DNA from: Candidatus Sigynarchaeum calidifontis
GTDB taxonomy: Archaea; Asgardarchaeota; Lokiarchaeia; Sigyniarchaeales; Sigyniarchaeaceae
Direction of reading: 5' to 3'
Assembly: GCA_030587475.2 (NCBI GenBank)
Contig: JAUQYZ020000072.1
Span: 1-60,421, forward strand
Length of the DNA stretch: 60,421 bases
Shown: piece by piece, positions 59,028 to 60,421 of the stretch
Position numbering within the stretch: position 1 is the first letter of the stretch
Layout: the number at the start of each line of letters is the position of its first letter
The notes under the pieces: model-generated
Seen by the model: only the letters and a program-made list of their open reading frames with translations
The model's database searches: none
What the model was told of the DNA's origin: nothing
Program-made: the position numbers and the translations under genes

Positions 59028-60419
59028 TTATTGAACCTCCGTCCACCATGCAAGGTCGATGTCGGGAAAAAGATTGTCCTCGGTTTCCAATCGAGCAAGA
59101 AATTCCCAGCTGCCTTGCGGTACAACACGCCCTTCACCGAATGCCTTGGCCATCTCGCAGAGCTTGATCACGTTCTCGTAGTGCAGCGCGACGCGGGCCT
59201 CGGCATAGTCCCGCGCGCTCCACGTGCTGATGAGAAACTGCCAGTCGCTCGCCTCGAGCAGCAGCTCCTCGCGGGCTAGCTGCTTGCAAATGCGCTTGAT
59301 CTCGGGCTTGTCGGAACGGCTATACTTGTCCGCGATCTCCTTGACCCGCCGCTGGCACTCGGCGATGCGCTCCCATGTCCATTGTGTCCACTCGTTGAGC
59401 CAGATCCAGTGGCCGCCGCCTTGCCCCCACGAGCCTTCCGGCAGGCTGATCTGCTGCACGGGCGGGTACAAGTCGAGAAACTTGCCGCACGTCGTGAGCT
59501 CGAGCTCGGGGTCGTCTTGTATCCATTTCAAGACCTTCCCGAGGAACCGGACGCCCTCGAACCACCAGTGGCCGAACAGTTCCGTGTCGTACATGGCGGA
59601 AATGATCCCGGGATGTCCAGACTTGTCGCGGTATTCCTGGAGCAATCCCTTTATCGTGTTCTTGTAGTGCGAAGCGTTTTCCTCGATCCGCGATGGAACG
59701 TCCGGGGGATAGTACTCTTGCTTTGCACCAAGGTCGATCTTGGTTCCGGTGACCTTCCAATACCGCAAACCACCCGGGTAGTGTTTCTTGTGGAAGTCGA
59801 GGTAATTGCCATCGCCTGGGTACCCGTGTTCCCCGCTCCAAACGAGAACCCCGGTCTTCTCGTCCCTCGTGAAAAAAGCGACGGGGGCGATGGGCTCCGG
59901 GCTGTAGATGAGGTAGGGCATGTAAGGCGTGCGGCCAGCGATCTCGCCGACGGGCTTGTAACTGGCCATAAATTGTTTCCAGAGATCCTTGAGCATCCCG
60001 AACCGGGCCGCGTAGACGCCTTGTGCAAGACCACCCATCGTGAGATGCGTGTCGACAAGGAAGTATTCGAGCCCATGCTTCGCCAGGAACCATTCAACGC
60101 CTTTCCTATTGACTACCTTGGCGTTCGGGTCGACGGGGTTTTTCCAAGGGTATGACGGACGGTAAGCACACTCGGGAAGCCAGATACCGCGCGGCTGGCG
60201 GCCGTAAATGCGCTTGTAAGACTCCACAGCTGTTTTTACCTGCGCGTCTATGGAAAAATCGTTGGGTAGAAGGGCGAAATAGCCGTGCGTGGCGGCGCAC
60301 GTGATGATCTCGATGATGCCCTTGTCTTGCAGCGCCTTGAAAGCCCCGGGAATATCCTCGTGGAACCGGTCCTCGAAGAGCCTCGCTATGTTCCCGTACC
60401 AGCTCTCCCAAAACTTGGC
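59028..60419 (-). CDS. GH57 1,4-alpha-glucan branching enzyme (5'-truncated by window edge)
   Basis: Frame open to the window end (ITCAATHGY); GIWLPECAY, YDTELFGHWWFEG, SWGQGG, EASDWQF. Confidence 0.92.
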   Translation of the reverse strand, partial: AKFWESWYGNIARLFEDRFHEDIPGAFKALQDKGIIEIITCAATHGYFALLPNDFSIDAQVKTAVESYKRIYGRQPRGIWLPECAYRPSYPWKNPVDPNAKVVNRKGVEWFLAKHGLEYFLVDTHLTMGGLAQGVYAARFGMLKDLWKQFMASYKPVGEIAGRTPYMPYLIYSPEPIAPVAFFTRDEKTGVLVWSGEHGYPGDGNYLDFHKKHYPGGLRYWKVTGTKIDLGAKQEYYPPDVPSRIEENASHYKNTIKGLLQEYRDKSGHPGIISAMYDTELFGHWWFEGVRFLGKVLKWIQDDPELELTTCGKFLDLYPPVQQISLPEGSWGQGGGHWIWLNEWTQWTWERIAECQRRVKEIADKYSRSDKPEIKRICKQLAREELLLEASDWQFLISTWSARDYAEARVALHYENVIKLCEMAKAFGEGRVVPQGSWEFLARLETEDNLFPDIDLAWWTEVQ

Positions 60420-60421
60420 CA

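Noticed and set aside
1-60421. tRNA, rRNA or other structured RNA genes
   Set aside because: None recognised by eye in the intergenic gaps; tRNAscan-SE/Infernal would be needed to exclude them.

Overview
About 60 kb of archaeal-style chromosome, moderately GC-rich with AT-rich intergenic tracts. Gene content suggests an Asgard (Lokiarchaeia-like) anaerobic heterotroph, but this is inference only. It holds about 45 CDSs: glycan-processing enzymes (GH38 mannosidase, GH57 branching enzyme, sulfatase-like protein, two HGSNAT-like membrane proteins, Gfo/Idh/MocA and IolI-like enzymes), an arsC-acr3/arsR cluster, a ferredoxin plus tungsten AOR pair, a heterodimeric ABC exporter with a ~220-aa insertion, a DUF285 repeat surface protein, MNT-HEPN and VapBC toxin-antitoxin modules, and a complete 1,869-bp IS (15-bp TIRs, AATT target duplication) that splits a second PIN toxin gene. 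The most striking locus is 47911-55311. A winged-helix DNA-binding domain is fused to a degenerate HdrA-MvhD protein and followed by MvhG and an MvhA-like [NiFe] large subunit carrying the His-to-Gln L1 substitution typical of H2-sensing hydrogenases. This operon is transcribed divergently from an NAD(P)-dependent methylene-H4MPT dehydrogenase fused to an unknown domain, plus a stand-alone paralogue of that domain. I read it as a candidate one-component H2/redox-sensing regulator of C1 metabolism. All calls come from motif reading by eye; no database searches were run.
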